Assembly: GCA_947625335.1 (NCBI GenBank)
Contig: CANQNY010000001.1
Coordinates: forward strand, 3,924 to 67,923
From: an uncultured Clostridia bacterium
Lineage (GTDB): Bacteria; Bacillota; Clostridia; Oscillospirales; Ruminococcaceae
Length of the DNA: 64,000 bases
Direction of reading: 5' to 3'
The notes under the pieces: model-generated
Databases searched by the model: none
Seen by the model: the letters and a program-made list of their open reading frames with translations, nothing else
What the model was told of the DNA's origin: nothing
Position numbers and translations under genes: made by a program
In this document: positions 36,669-46,373 of the stretch, piece by piece
How positions within the stretch are numbered: the stretch's first letter is position 1
Layout: each line of letters begins with the position of its first letter

Positions 36669-37654
36669 TGGCGGATACGGCTTTAACGATTTCAAATAAC
36701 GAGCAGCTGCGCGCTGTTTTCGGTGATTTTGACAGAAATATAAACGTTATTCAAAAGGCGTTTTCGGTAACGGTATTTTCACGCGGGAGCGAAGTGAAAA
36801 TAACCGGCGACGACGAGCAGTCGGTGTCAAAGGCGAAAAAGGCAATAGACACGCTTTGCGGGTTTTTTGAGCGCGGGGAGGCTATCGACGAGCAGAACGT
36901 CCGCTACGCCGTTTCTATGGTGAACGACGGCGCGGAAAGCGAAATTGCCTCAATGTCGGGCGACTGCGTGTGCGTTTCCTATTCGGGAAAGCCCATAAAG
37001 CCCAAAACTGTCGGGCAGAAAAAATACTGCGATATGATACGCTCGCATACGATAACTTTCGGGGTAGGTCCCGCGGGTACGGGAAAAACCTATCTTGCGG
37101 TGGCTCTCGCGGTGACGGCGTTCAAGCAAAAGCAGGTTCAGAGGATAATTTTAACGCGTCCCGCGGTCGAGGCGGGAGAAAAGCTCGGTTTTCTTCCGGG
37201 AGACTTGCAAAACAAGGTTGACCCGTATCTAAGACCGCTGTACGACGCGCTTTTTGAGATGTTCGGGCAGGAGAGTTTTGCGAAACTCTCCGAACACGGA
37301 GCAATTGAAGTCGCTCCGCTTGCGTATATGCGCGGGAGAACGCTTGACGACAGCTTTATTATTCTTGACGAGGCGCAGAACACCACGCGCGAACAAATGA
37401 AGATGTTTCTCACCAGACTCGGATTCAACTCTAAAATGGTTATAACGGGAGATATTACGCAAATAGACCTCCCCGAGGCGAAAAAATCAGGGCTTATAGA
37501 GGCGTTGAAGGTACTTCGCGGGATAGAAGACATCGCCCAGAACCGCTTTACCGAAAAAGACGTTGTACGGCACAGGCTGGTGCAGGATATAGTCAAGGCT
37601 TACGACGAGTATCACGGAAGTTCCAAATCGGAACGCGGCGCGTGGAGGGGCTGA
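36668..37654 (+). CDS. phoH: PhoH-family ATPase
   Basis: GPAGTGKTYLA, GEKLGFLPGDL, AYMRGRTL, LDEAQN. Confidence 0.95.
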   Translation: MADTALTISNNEQLRAVFGDFDRNINVIQKAFSVTVFSRGSEVKITGDDEQSVSKAKKAIDTLCGFFERGEAIDEQNVRYAVSMVNDGAESEIASMSGDCVCVSYSGKPIKPKTVGQKKYCDMIRSHTITFGVGPAGTGKTYLAVALAVTAFKQKQVQRIILTRPAVEAGEKLGFLPGDLQNKVDPYLRPLYDALFEMFGQESFAKLSEHGAIEVAPLAYMRGRTLDDSFIILDEAQNTTREQMKMFLTRLGFNSKMVITGDITQIDLPEAKKSGLIEALKVLRGIEDIAQNRFTEKDVVRHRLVQDIVKAYDEYHGSSKSERGAWRG

Positions 37655-37662
37655 CATTTAAT

Positions 37663-38130
37663 ATGAAGATTTATATTGATCTTAACGACGAACAGGACAA
37701 ACTGTCCCCGCTCGAAAACGCCGAAAAGCTTATCGAGGACTGCGCTAAAGCGGCTCTCGCGGAAGAGGGCATAACCGACGACGCGGAGCTTTCGGTGACG
37801 TTTACGGACAACGAGAATATAAAAAAACTAAACTCCGAATTCCGCGGAATAGACCGCGAAACGGACGTGCTGTCGTTTCCCTTGGGCGATGAGGAGTTTG
37901 AGTGCGACCCCGACAACGGAGCGATTTTGCTCGGGGATATTGTCATTTCGCTTGAACGGGCGGCGGCGCAGGCGGAGGAATACGGTCACTCTTTCAGGCG
38001 GGAAGTTGCGTTTCTTATTACGCATTCGCTGTTTCACCTGCTGGGGTACGACCATATGAACGAGGACGAGGAACGGGAGATGTTTTCAAAACAGGAGAAA
38101 GTTCTCGAAAAACTTGGAATTGTGCGGTAA
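37663..38130 (+). CDS. ybeY: rRNA maturation RNase YbeY
   Basis: TDVLSFP, LGDIVIS, HSLFHLLGYDH. Confidence 0.95.
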   Translation: MKIYIDLNDEQDKLSPLENAEKLIEDCAKAALAEEGITDDAELSVTFTDNENIKKLNSEFRGIDRETDVLSFPLGDEEFECDPDNGAILLGDIVISLERAAAQAEEYGHSFRREVAFLITHSLFHLLGYDHMNEDEEREMFSKQEKVLEKLGIVR

Positions 38131-38135
38131 TTGTT

Positions 38136-38633
38136 ATGGAATTTTTTAAAAGCTTTTATTACGCGGGGCGCGGGATAGCCTCGGCTTTTCGGCAGAGGAA
38201 TTTCAGATTTCACGTCTGCGCGGCGGGGTTTGTGATTTTTTTCGCGGCGAGATTTTACTCGTTTTCAGCGGAACGCTGGGCAATTTTGCTGCTGACCTGC
38301 GCTGCGGTTATGGCGGCGGAGCTGCTTAACACGGCGATTGAAAAGCTGTCGGACAAGGTGACGGAGGAAAACAGCCACAGAATTCGGCTCGCAAAGGACT
38401 GCGCGGCAGGCGGGGTGCTGATAACCGCTGTGACGGCAGTCGCCGTGGGGGTAATACTGTTCTGGAACCCGGAGATTTTCGGGCTTATAGTGCTGTTTTA
38501 TTCCGAGCCGCTGCGGCTGTCGGCGTTGATAATCGCGCTGGCGGCGGCGTGGGGGATTGTTTTCCTGCCAAAAGAGGAAAAAAAGAGGTCTTACGGGAAC
38601 GAACGGCGCGGCAAGAAGTCGGAAAAGGAGTAG
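38136..38633 (+). CDS. dgkA: diacylglycerol/undecaprenol kinase family protein
   Basis: QRNFRFH, ELLNTAIE..D, AKDCAAGGVL; follows ybeY. Confidence 0.88.
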   Translation: MEFFKSFYYAGRGIASAFRQRNFRFHVCAAGFVIFFAARFYSFSAERWAILLLTCAAVMAAELLNTAIEKLSDKVTEENSHRIRLAKDCAAGGVLITAVTAVAVGVILFWNPEIFGLIVLFYSEPLRLSALIIALAAAWGIVFLPKEEKKRSYGNERRGKKSEKE

Positions 38634-38804
38634 TTATACTATTATAATATAAAGGGGGTTAACGCCCCTTTTTTATTTTTGCAAATTTTTTTCAGAATTT
38701 TGCAACAATTTTCCGAAACGCATGGTATTAGTAGTGAAAGGCTTTTCAACACGGCAAAAATTTCGGCAACTCAAATCAAAAAATCACGAAAGCGAGGAAT
38801 TTAT

Positions 38805-40094
38805 ATGAAAAAGTATTTAAGCTTGATAATCGCGGCGGCAGTCATTACTATGACGGGGTGCGCCGCCGCGCCCGGCAGTAAGGACGGGGCTTTAAACGGC
38901 GCAACGGGAGGAGCTTACGGCGGTGACACGGTCGGCGCGTCGTTTGCAGAAGGCACGGCAGGAGAATATGACAAAACCGACATCGGCGGCGCGGGCATCC
39001 TGGACAGGGACTACGGCGCAGAAGACCTTACAGGCGATACCGCCGCGGAAATCGGAGATTATGCGCCGCCAAGCGAGGTTAAACCGCAGTCGGGACTGCT
39101 TACGGGCGGCGAATGGAACGACAACGACCACTGGGAGGACTGGCAGGCTCTCTACAAATCGCACACCGAATGGAACAGCTATCAGACCGCATGGGAAAAC
39201 AAGACCCTCCACAGAGTGGCTGTTACCGTCACGACCGACGGGAAAACACCGCTTGAGGGCGCGAAAGTTTCGGGCAAGGGGTTTATAAACTCCGCCGTTA
39301 CCGACAACAAGGGCAGAGCGTTTTTGTTCTTTGACGGGGAAACTGCTCCGTACGAAATAGAAGTTTCCTGCGGCAATGAAAGCTGCACGGCTGAAGTAGA
39401 ATGGGTTGACCCCACGGGCGACCAGACCTGCGGCATTACTTTGGAAAAAGCGAAATCGGCTGTCGGAGACAAGCTTGACCTTATGATAATGTGCGATACG
39501 ACGGGGTCTATGTGGGACGAACTGAGCTATCTACAGGTTGAACTGGAAGATATTGTAAACACAATACGTTCGGAAAACGGCAATATCAAGACCCGCGTTT
39601 CCGTCAACTTTTACCGCGACACCACCGACGAGTACGAAGTGAGAAGTTATCCGTTCTCAGAAGATATAAGCAAAGTGAACAACGCTCTCCGTGAGCAGGA
39701 GGCAAGCGGCGGCGGGGATTTCCCTGAGGCGGTTCATTCCGCGCTTGAAAACGCGATAAACGAACACGACTGGGACGAGGACGCCGTGAAGATAATGTTC
39801 CTCGTGCTGGACGCGCCGCCTCACGACGACCCGCAGATAATTGACTCAGTTCAGCAGTCAATCCTCAAAGCCTCCGAAATGGGCATTCGCATTATCCCAA
39901 TAGCGTCCAGCGGCATTGACAAGTCCACCGAGTATCTTCTCCGCACAATGGCGTTCACGACAGGCGGCACTTACACGTTCTTAACCAACGACTCTGGCGT
40001 CGGAAACGGGCATATCGAGCCTACCGTCGGGGCGTTTAATGTCGAAAAACTGAACGATATGATGGTAAGAATTGTAAAAAGTTACCTTGACTAA
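38805..40094 (+). CDS. vWA-domain lipoprotein
   Basis: Lipobox MTGC; DLMIMCDTTGSM MIDAS motif, GGGDFPEAV, LDAPPHD. Confidence 0.85.
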   Translation: MKKYLSLIIAAAVITMTGCAAAPGSKDGALNGATGGAYGGDTVGASFAEGTAGEYDKTDIGGAGILDRDYGAEDLTGDTAAEIGDYAPPSEVKPQSGLLTGGEWNDNDHWEDWQALYKSHTEWNSYQTAWENKTLHRVAVTVTTDGKTPLEGAKVSGKGFINSAVTDNKGRAFLFFDGETAPYEIEVSCGNESCTAEVEWVDPTGDQTCGITLEKAKSAVGDKLDLMIMCDTTGSMWDELSYLQVELEDIVNTIRSENGNIKTRVSVNFYRDTTDEYEVRSYPFSEDISKVNNALREQEASGGGDFPEAVHSALENAINEHDWDEDAVKIMFLVLDAPPHDDPQIIDSVQQSILKASEMGIRIIPIASSGIDKSTEYLLRTMAFTTGGTYTFLTNDSGVGNGHIEPTVGAFNVEKLNDMMVRIVKSYLD

Positions 40095-40317
40095 TTCACA
40101 CCGCCCGTATGGGCTTTGGAATTTTACTCACCATGTCCCCGTTCTTAACCGAACGGGGAACTTTTTTGGAAAGTTATTGTTGAAAACTAATGTCTATGTT
40201 GAATAGCAAGTTGAAAACTTTTTGTGCAAGTTACACAATCTCGGGGTGAAAGTTTTATCAAATATGGTTCAAAAAACAGAAAATCTCAAAAACAGGGCAA
40301 AAAATTGAAAATCCCTG

Positions 40318-40346
40318 TTGACGAATTTGATTTTTTTGGCTATACT
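40318..40346 (+). promoter_or_regulatory. sigma-A promoter of HPr gene (about 150-nt leader)
   Basis: TTGACG-17 nt-TATACT. Confidence 0.7.
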
Positions 40347-40505
40347 TAAATTAAGAGAAAGGAAAGCACGACTTAAAGATATAGGCGGGAAAATTCGGGC
40401 TTGTACGAATCTCTTATCGCCTGCAGAAAGCAGGCAGGACAGACAGAGAACTAAAGATAAGGTTACTCGCTGACTAAACACACATTTGTAATGGAGGTTA
40501 CTGTT

Positions 40506-40769
40506 ATGTGCATGAAAGACATTGAAGTGAAAAATCAGGTTGGTTTACACGCAAGACCCGCTACATTCTTTATCCAGAAGGCAAACGAATACAAGTCTTC
40601 TATCTGGGTTGAAAAGGAAGAGCGCAGGGTAAACGCAAAATCTCTGCTGGGCATTTTGTCGCTCGGTATCGTTGGCGGCGCGCAGATCCGCATTATCGCT
40701 GACGGCTCCGACGAACAGCTCGCAGTCGACGGTCTTGTAAAGCTTGTTGAAAGCGAATTCGCAGAGTAA
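40506..40769 (+). CDS. ptsH: HPr-family phosphocarrier protein
   Basis: GLHARPA (His15) and NAKSLLG (Ser46). Confidence 0.9.
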   Translation: MCMKDIEVKNQVGLHARPATFFIQKANEYKSSIWVEKEERRVNAKSLLGILSLGIVGGAQIRIIADGSDEQLAVDGLVKLVESEFAE

Positions 40770-40827
40770 TTCAAAACGGGTCACAAAAATTCGGGGGGTG
40801 GATTTCCGCCCCTTTGCTTTTAGATAC

Positions 40828-40880
40828 TAAGAGGTTAGAAGTAAGAGGTTAGAGTTAGAGATAGAAGTTAGAGTTAGGAG
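40828..40880 (+). repeat. degenerate 6-7-nt tandem repeat (TAAGAGG/TTAGAG) before the M23 gene
   Basis: taagagg ttagaag taagagg ttagag ttagag atagaag ttagag ttaggag. Confidence 0.7.
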
Positions 40881-40885
40881 AGTTT

Positions 40886-42721
40886 ATGGCATTGGCAGAC
40901 GAAACGGTCGTGACCGAGGGAATTTCTCAGGAAACCGCGGTCAACGCCGTTGAGAACTCAGAAACCGCAAAAGAAAAACCCTTTTCAAAGGCGATTTTTC
41001 ATATTTTCGAGGTTATAGCATCAGTCGGAGAGCTTTTCTTCGATGCCCTTATGAAAATAGGACTTACGCTCGCGGGGCTCGGCATACGAATAGGCGAGGC
41101 GGCTAAGCGCGGCTGGAAATACGTTTCAAAGCGGCTTGTGCGGTTTTTCGACAAGGCGGCAAGAGTGGTCATTATGCCGATTTACCGCTATGGCAAGGCG
41201 TTTAAAATGGGCGGCGCAGAGATCTCTAAAGCCAAGGACGAAAAGGGCTTTATCGGGGGTGCAGCGGCAAGCGCAAGAGTGGCGAAAAGAGTCGTCTTCG
41301 GAAAGCGCGGCATTGCGGTCACCGTGGTCAACTGGGCACTGCCGATTATTTCCTGTATTTTCCTGTTTAACATAATAAGCTTTGCAAACAGCCAGACTTA
41401 CGCGCTGAAACTTACGGTAAACGGCGATTTTATCGGCTATATCAGCGACGAAACGGTGTTTACGTCCGCGGAAAAGATGGTTCAAAAGCGTATAAACTAC
41501 ACGGGCAGCAACACCGATGTTATTACGTTTGAGCCGTCTTACGAGGTCGATGTTATCGGCTATGGAAAGACGCTTAACAACTATCAGGTAACGGATAAGA
41601 TACTCGGTCTTTTATACGAAGATATTAGCGAGGGATACGGTCTTTACATAGGCGACGTCTATTTCGGGACGCTTGAAAGCCACAGCACCGTTGATATTGC
41701 GCTTGAAAGCCTGCTTGACAAGTTCCGCACCGACAACCCGAAAGAAACTGTCGCGTTTGAAAAGGAAATTTCCTTTATCCCCGGAAAATATATGAAAGAC
41801 AGCTTTGTCGACGAGTCGGATACTATAAATTTGCTTACCTCGAACAAGCAAGTAGCGTCTTACTACACCGTACAGGACGGGGATTCTCCCGCGCTTATCT
41901 GCGACAAGGTGGATATGACGATGAGCGAGCTTGCACAGTTAAACCCGGGGTTCAGCACGGATTCTGCGGTTTATGGCGGTCAGCAGATCAAAATCACGCA
42001 GGACGAACCGTTTTTGAACATCGTTATCACCCGCGAGGAGCATTATGACGACGTTTTGCCGTTCAGCACGATATATAACGATGACGCGACGATTTACGAC
42101 GACGACAAGCTGAACCGTGTAACCGGAAAGAACGGCGAAGTGGCTGTTGTGGCGAATGTTTCGTATATAAACGGGGTTGAGGTCAATCGGCAGGTGCTGT
42201 CGAGAGTGGTTACCAAAGAACCCGTTACGCAGATTGTTTCTGTCGGGATAAAACCGCGCGATTCAGGCGCGGGCGGAGCGGTAACCGTCGAAGAGGGCAA
42301 GTTCCGCTGGCCTGTGGGCGGCGTGGACGGAGGCGCGATAAGCGAATATCCGTGGTTCCACGGCGGCTATTACAATCACCAAGGGCTTGACATTGCCGCT
42401 CCCTACGGAACGCCGATTTACGCGGGGCTTTCGGGTACTGTTACCACGGTAAAATACAGCAATTACGGCTACGGAAATCACGTTGTTATACACCACGACA
42501 ACGGAATGGACGTTACATACGGGCATATGAGCACCATAAGCTCGACTATGTATGTCGGAAAACGAGTTACCATGGGCGAATGCATAGGCTATGTCGGCTC
42601 GACGGGTGACTCCACGGGCAACCACCTGCATTTTGAGGTTCGTCTGAACGGCAGGGTTCTGGACCCGCTGCTTTACCTGCCCGCACACAAGAAACAGCCT
42701 ACGGCTTACTATAGAGATTGA
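40886..42721 (+). CDS. M23 peptidase with LysM and G5 domains
   Basis: YTVQDGDS..LAQLNP LysM; G5 (G.NG...Y.NGVEV...KEPVTQ); HQGLDIAA and HLHFEV zinc ligands. Confidence 0.92.
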   Translation: MALADETVVTEGISQETAVNAVENSETAKEKPFSKAIFHIFEVIASVGELFFDALMKIGLTLAGLGIRIGEAAKRGWKYVSKRLVRFFDKAARVVIMPIYRYGKAFKMGGAEISKAKDEKGFIGGAAASARVAKRVVFGKRGIAVTVVNWALPIISCIFLFNIISFANSQTYALKLTVNGDFIGYISDETVFTSAEKMVQKRINYTGSNTDVITFEPSYEVDVIGYGKTLNNYQVTDKILGLLYEDISEGYGLYIGDVYFGTLESHSTVDIALESLLDKFRTDNPKETVAFEKEISFIPGKYMKDSFVDESDTINLLTSNKQVASYYTVQDGDSPALICDKVDMTMSELAQLNPGFSTDSAVYGGQQIKITQDEPFLNIVITREEHYDDVLPFSTIYNDDATIYDDDKLNRVTGKNGEVAVVANVSYINGVEVNRQVLSRVVTKEPVTQIVSVGIKPRDSGAGGAVTVEEGKFRWPVGGVDGGAISEYPWFHGGYYNHQGLDIAAPYGTPIYAGLSGTVTTVKYSNYGYGNHVVIHHDNGMDVTYGHMSTISSTMYVGKRVTMGECIGYVGSTGDSTGNHLHFEVRLNGRVLDPLLYLPAHKKQPTAYYRD

Positions 42722-42854
42722 CAGAAAGATATAACACAAATTACCCCGTTCAAAGTGAACGGGGTAATTTTTATTGCATACAAATTGAAAGCTGTTTACA
42801 CGCAAACAGGCAAAAATAAAGGCGGTACTTGCGTACCGCCTTATTGTGTTAGCT

Positions 42855-44789
42855 TTAGATGAACGCGTAGTTCGATTTTCCGCTCTTCTTAACGGAGTAC
42901 ATCGCGTCGTCAGCCTTACCGATAAGATACTCAACACGGGTGTTGTAATCGTCCTGAATAACCGCGATACCGATTGAAACACTAACTGTCAAATGCTCTC
43001 CGATATCCGCGTCAAAGCCCGCGCCCAGCGTATCGATTATCTTCTGCGCGATAAGAGCAGGCTCGTTTGTTTCGGCGTCGCGCACCATAGCGATAAACTC
43101 GTCGCCGCCGTATCTTCCTGCAAAGCCCATATCGCCCACGGATTCCTTAATCGTTCTGGCAACGAATTTCAGCACCTGGTCGCCCGTCGCATGAGAATAA
43201 TTATCGTTGTAGTGCTTGAAATCATCAACGTCGATAAACAAAACAGCCATTTTGGTCTTGCGCATTTCGGAAAGCGAAATTTCGTTATCGATCTGAGTTT
43301 CAATCGTCTCACGGTTGTACAACTCGGTCAGAGCGTCGTAGCTTGCGCGCTCGGTAAGCTGCTGCTCGGACTTCTTTGCGCGATCGATATCAACCATAAC
43401 TCCGACAACCTTAAGCGGCTTGCCGTCCTTGTCCTTCAAGGTGGAAGTTCTCATCAAAACCCAGATGAAATCGCCGTAGATGTTCTTTATACGGTACTCA
43501 TTGCGCTCGAAATTAGTGCCCTTTTCGAGAGCATCAAGATCGTTTCTGTATCTGTCTGCGTCGTCGGGGTGAATTTTCGCCTTAAGCAGGAAACTGTCGC
43601 CGAAGTGATCCGAAGGCGGGCGATAGCTGAACTTTTTATTGAAGTTGTTGGAGAAAACAACCTCGTTGGTCTTGAAATTCCACTCGAAGATGATGTTATC
43701 CGACATATCCGAAATGGTCTTGTATCTGTCCTCGCTGACAACTATCTCATCAACAAGGTTATTGAACGCACGCGAAAGCTGTCCGTATTCGTTATTGCTG
43801 ATAGTGCCGATACGCGCCTCGTGATCGCCGCGGCGAACCTTTTCAAGAGTGTTCTCGATTATCTTAAGAGGCTTTGCAATAGCGTTCGACGCGATAATTG
43901 CGCCGACTATCGCGATAATAGCAATAAGTACGGAGGCAACCATAACCGGAGTCGCCGTGCTGCTGTAATACAAGCCGTTTACGGTGTCGTTGCAGCTTGC
44001 GATAGCGATAAGTCCGTTTTCGCCGCCCACTCTGACCATGGAATACAGGAACGGCGCACCCGACGAATCCTTATACGAAAAAACATTTGTCGCAACGCCC
44101 TCTTGAAGTCCGGGGATCTGCGAAGTTAACGACGAAGTGTAGCGTGACTCCAGATTATTGTAAAATCCCGAGCCGGCAGACCAGTTTCCGTTGGCGTCGG
44201 CAATGACCACCTGACCCTCAGACTTATTATCGGGGAGATCGAACTTGGTGTCGCTGAGAGCCTTGGAGATAAGAGAATTCGAGGTGGAAATGTTGTACGA
44301 AATGATAACAAGGCAACCATTCAGCTCTTTCTTGATGAACATAGTCTTATTACTAGCGTTGGCAATAATATCATCGAAGTACAGCATATCATCATCATAA
44401 TCCTTGTACTTCTCGAAATTATCAAACGTCCTGCCCTTGCCGTCGCCGGCGATAATTACACCCGTCGTATCATCAACAATTCGGATAGAGGTTATCATCA
44501 CGTTGTTTTCCTGGAATTTGGTGATGAAGTCTTCAACCTCCGCGGCAGACTTATTCGCCGTGGCGGTGTTCATGCGCGAATAGGACGTCAGCATGTTCAA
44601 ATTCGAGCGCGCCGTTCCGAGCATAGCGTTCAAACCGGAAACCTGATTGCTTGCCATGCTTTTGACTTCGTCCCGGTATGCCTGCACGGAATCGTTCTTG
44701 ACGAAATAATCGGTCAAGAACACCCTTGCCGCCATGGGAATTATCGCAAAGCAGATAGCCGCGATAAGTATAACAACCTTTATCTTCAT
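42855..44789 (-). CDS. membrane sensor diguanylate cyclase (Cache-like/HAMP/PAS/GGDEF)
   Basis: Two TM helices, HAMP (NEYGQLSRAFN), PAS (IHPDD), FIDVDDFK..ND...H..GD, GRYGGDEF. Confidence 0.92.
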   Translation of the reverse strand: MKIKVVILIAAICFAIIPMAARVFLTDYFVKNDSVQAYRDEVKSMASNQVSGLNAMLGTARSNLNMLTSYSRMNTATANKSAAEVEDFITKFQENNVMITSIRIVDDTTGVIIAGDGKGRTFDNFEKYKDYDDDMLYFDDIIANASNKTMFIKKELNGCLVIISYNISTSNSLISKALSDTKFDLPDNKSEGQVVIADANGNWSAGSGFYNNLESRYTSSLTSQIPGLQEGVATNVFSYKDSSGAPFLYSMVRVGGENGLIAIASCNDTVNGLYYSSTATPVMVASVLIAIIAIVGAIIASNAIAKPLKIIENTLEKVRRGDHEARIGTISNNEYGQLSRAFNNLVDEIVVSEDRYKTISDMSDNIIFEWNFKTNEVVFSNNFNKKFSYRPPSDHFGDSFLLKAKIHPDDADRYRNDLDALEKGTNFERNEYRIKNIYGDFIWVLMRTSTLKDKDGKPLKVVGVMVDIDRAKKSEQQLTERASYDALTELYNRETIETQIDNEISLSEMRKTKMAVLFIDVDDFKHYNDNYSHATGDQVLKFVARTIKESVGDMGFAGRYGGDEFIAMVRDAETNEPALIAQKIIDTLGAGFDADIGEHLTVSVSIGIAVIQDDYNTRVEYLIGKADDAMYSVKKSGKSNYAFI

Positions 44790-45060
44790 TAAATTCTCCC
44801 CGTTTCTGCTTTAAACTGACCCGAGCCGTAAATTCGGAGGGTTACATTTATTATATCACAAAAAAATCAAGATGTAAACACCCTTACAATATTATTAAGC
44901 TTTTTTTTAAATTTTTATGAATTTTTCACAAATTCCCAAATCGCATTTTGTGAAAGTTAATGTTCCAAAAAGAAAAAATAAATAAAGTTTGGCTTTGGGT
45001 ATTGAATAAAGGCGAAGATTATGTTATAATTAAAGTAACGTACCGTGAAGGAGAGAGATT

Positions 45061-46293
45061 ATGGGAAACGTTCTTAAAGGCTACAACTACAGGCTTGTGG
45101 ATAACCGCTCGTTTGATATTCCGTTGCCTCTGAAATACGTTTTGATGAAAGAGGACGGCGAGATTGCCGAATACGAGGTGTCCGCCGACGAGACGGTGAA
45201 CTATAAAATACTCACCAAATACAAAGAAGAAATGCTCACGCCCATTACAAGAAAGCTCGGCATTTCGGATATATATTATTTCTTCTCGTGCAGAGTTTTT
45301 CAGGACAAAACTCCGTTTACATGGGGAGAGCTTTCCTTGCTCGGAATGGAGAAATACAACGTTTTCGACATAGTCAAAAAGACCCGCGGCGTTACTCCTT
45401 ACGACAACTACTGGCTGAAGTTTGACGGGGACGACTGCGATTACGAAAAGGCGAAAAACGACTGGAACGAGCTGATGTATAAGCTGTCCTCGGAGGAGAG
45501 TACGAAAGCTCCCGAACAGGCGGTCGACAGAAGTACTGTAAAGGCAATTCTCGGTCAGCATAAGCTGGACTATGCGGCGCGCCTTGCCGAGGCTAATGCG
45601 GCGGCTACTTCTGCTGCGGAAACTGCGGCTGAACCCGCGCCCGAACCTGTTTCAGAGCCTACTACTTCAGGCGGGAAAATGAGCCAAGAGGATATTGAAA
45701 AAATGCTGGCGGCGGCTACTTCTGCTGCTGAAACTGCTGCCGAACCCGCGCCCGAGCCTCTTTCAGAGCCTACTACTTCAGGCGGGAAAATGAGCCAAGA
45801 GGATATTGAAAAAATGCTGGCGGCAGCTACTTCTGCTACGGAAACTGCTGCCGAATCTGCGCCCGAACCTGTTTCAGAACCTGCTACTTCTGGCGGGAAG
45901 ATGAGTCAAGAGGATATTGAAAAAATGCTTGCGGCGGCTAGTGCGGCGGCGGAAACTACGGCTGAGCCCACTCCCGAGCCCGTTTCAGAGCCTGCTACTT
46001 CAGGCGGGAAAATGAGCCAAGAGGACATTGAGAAAATGCTGGCGGCAGCTACTTCTGCTGCGGAAACTGCTGCCGAATCTGCTCCCGAACCTGTTTCAGA
46101 GCCTGCCACTTCTGGCGGGAAGATGAGTCAAGAGGATATTGAGAAAATGCTTGCGGCGGCTAGTGCGGCGGCGGAAACTGCGCCCGAACCCGCGCCCGAA
46201 CCTGTTTCCGAACCTGCTACTTCGGGCGGGAAGATGAGCCAGGAGGACATTGAGGCTCTTCTGAACGGAATGAAACAGGACGTTTCCGAATGA
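45061..46293 (+). CDS. hypothetical protein: HipA-N-like domain plus six 37-aa repeats carrying MSQEDIE(K/A)(M/L)L
   Basis: N-term RVF...L..LG...YN...I.KKT.GV...D.YW.KF; Ala/Pro/Glu-rich repeats. Confidence 0.8.
   Translation: MGNVLKGYNYRLVDNRSFDIPLPLKYVLMKEDGEIAEYEVSADETVNYKILTKYKEEMLTPITRKLGISDIYYFFSCRVFQDKTPFTWGELSLLGMEKYNVFDIVKKTRGVTPYDNYWLKFDGDDCDYEKAKNDWNELMYKLSSEESTKAPEQAVDRSTVKAILGQHKLDYAARLAEANAAATSAAETAAEPAPEPVSEPTTSGGKMSQEDIEKMLAAATSAAETAAEPAPEPLSEPTTSGGKMSQEDIEKMLAAATSATETAAESAPEPVSEPATSGGKMSQEDIEKMLAAASAAAETTAEPTPEPVSEPATSGGKMSQEDIEKMLAAATSAAETAAESAPEPVSEPATSGGKMSQEDIEKMLAAASAAAETAPEPAPEPVSEPATSGGKMSQEDIEALLNGMKQDVSE
45597..46263 (+). repeat. 111-bp in-frame tandem repeat, 6 copies
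   Basis: ATGAG(C/T)CA(A/G)GAG at 45679, 45790, 45901, 46012, 46123 and 46234. Confidence 0.95.
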
Positions 46294-46373
46294 TTTATTC
46301 ACAAAATATTCACAAAGCTGTTATATATACGTAATATTTCTACGTTACAATAGTTCTCAAAGGAAGTGAGAAA

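Noticed and set aside
40185-40260. DnaA-box cluster or origin
   Set aside because: Only mismatched TTTTCAAC-type sites, and no dnaA or other origin context.
45597-46263. CRISPR array
   Set aside because: The repeats are 111-bp in-frame coding units without unique spacers; no cas genes are present.
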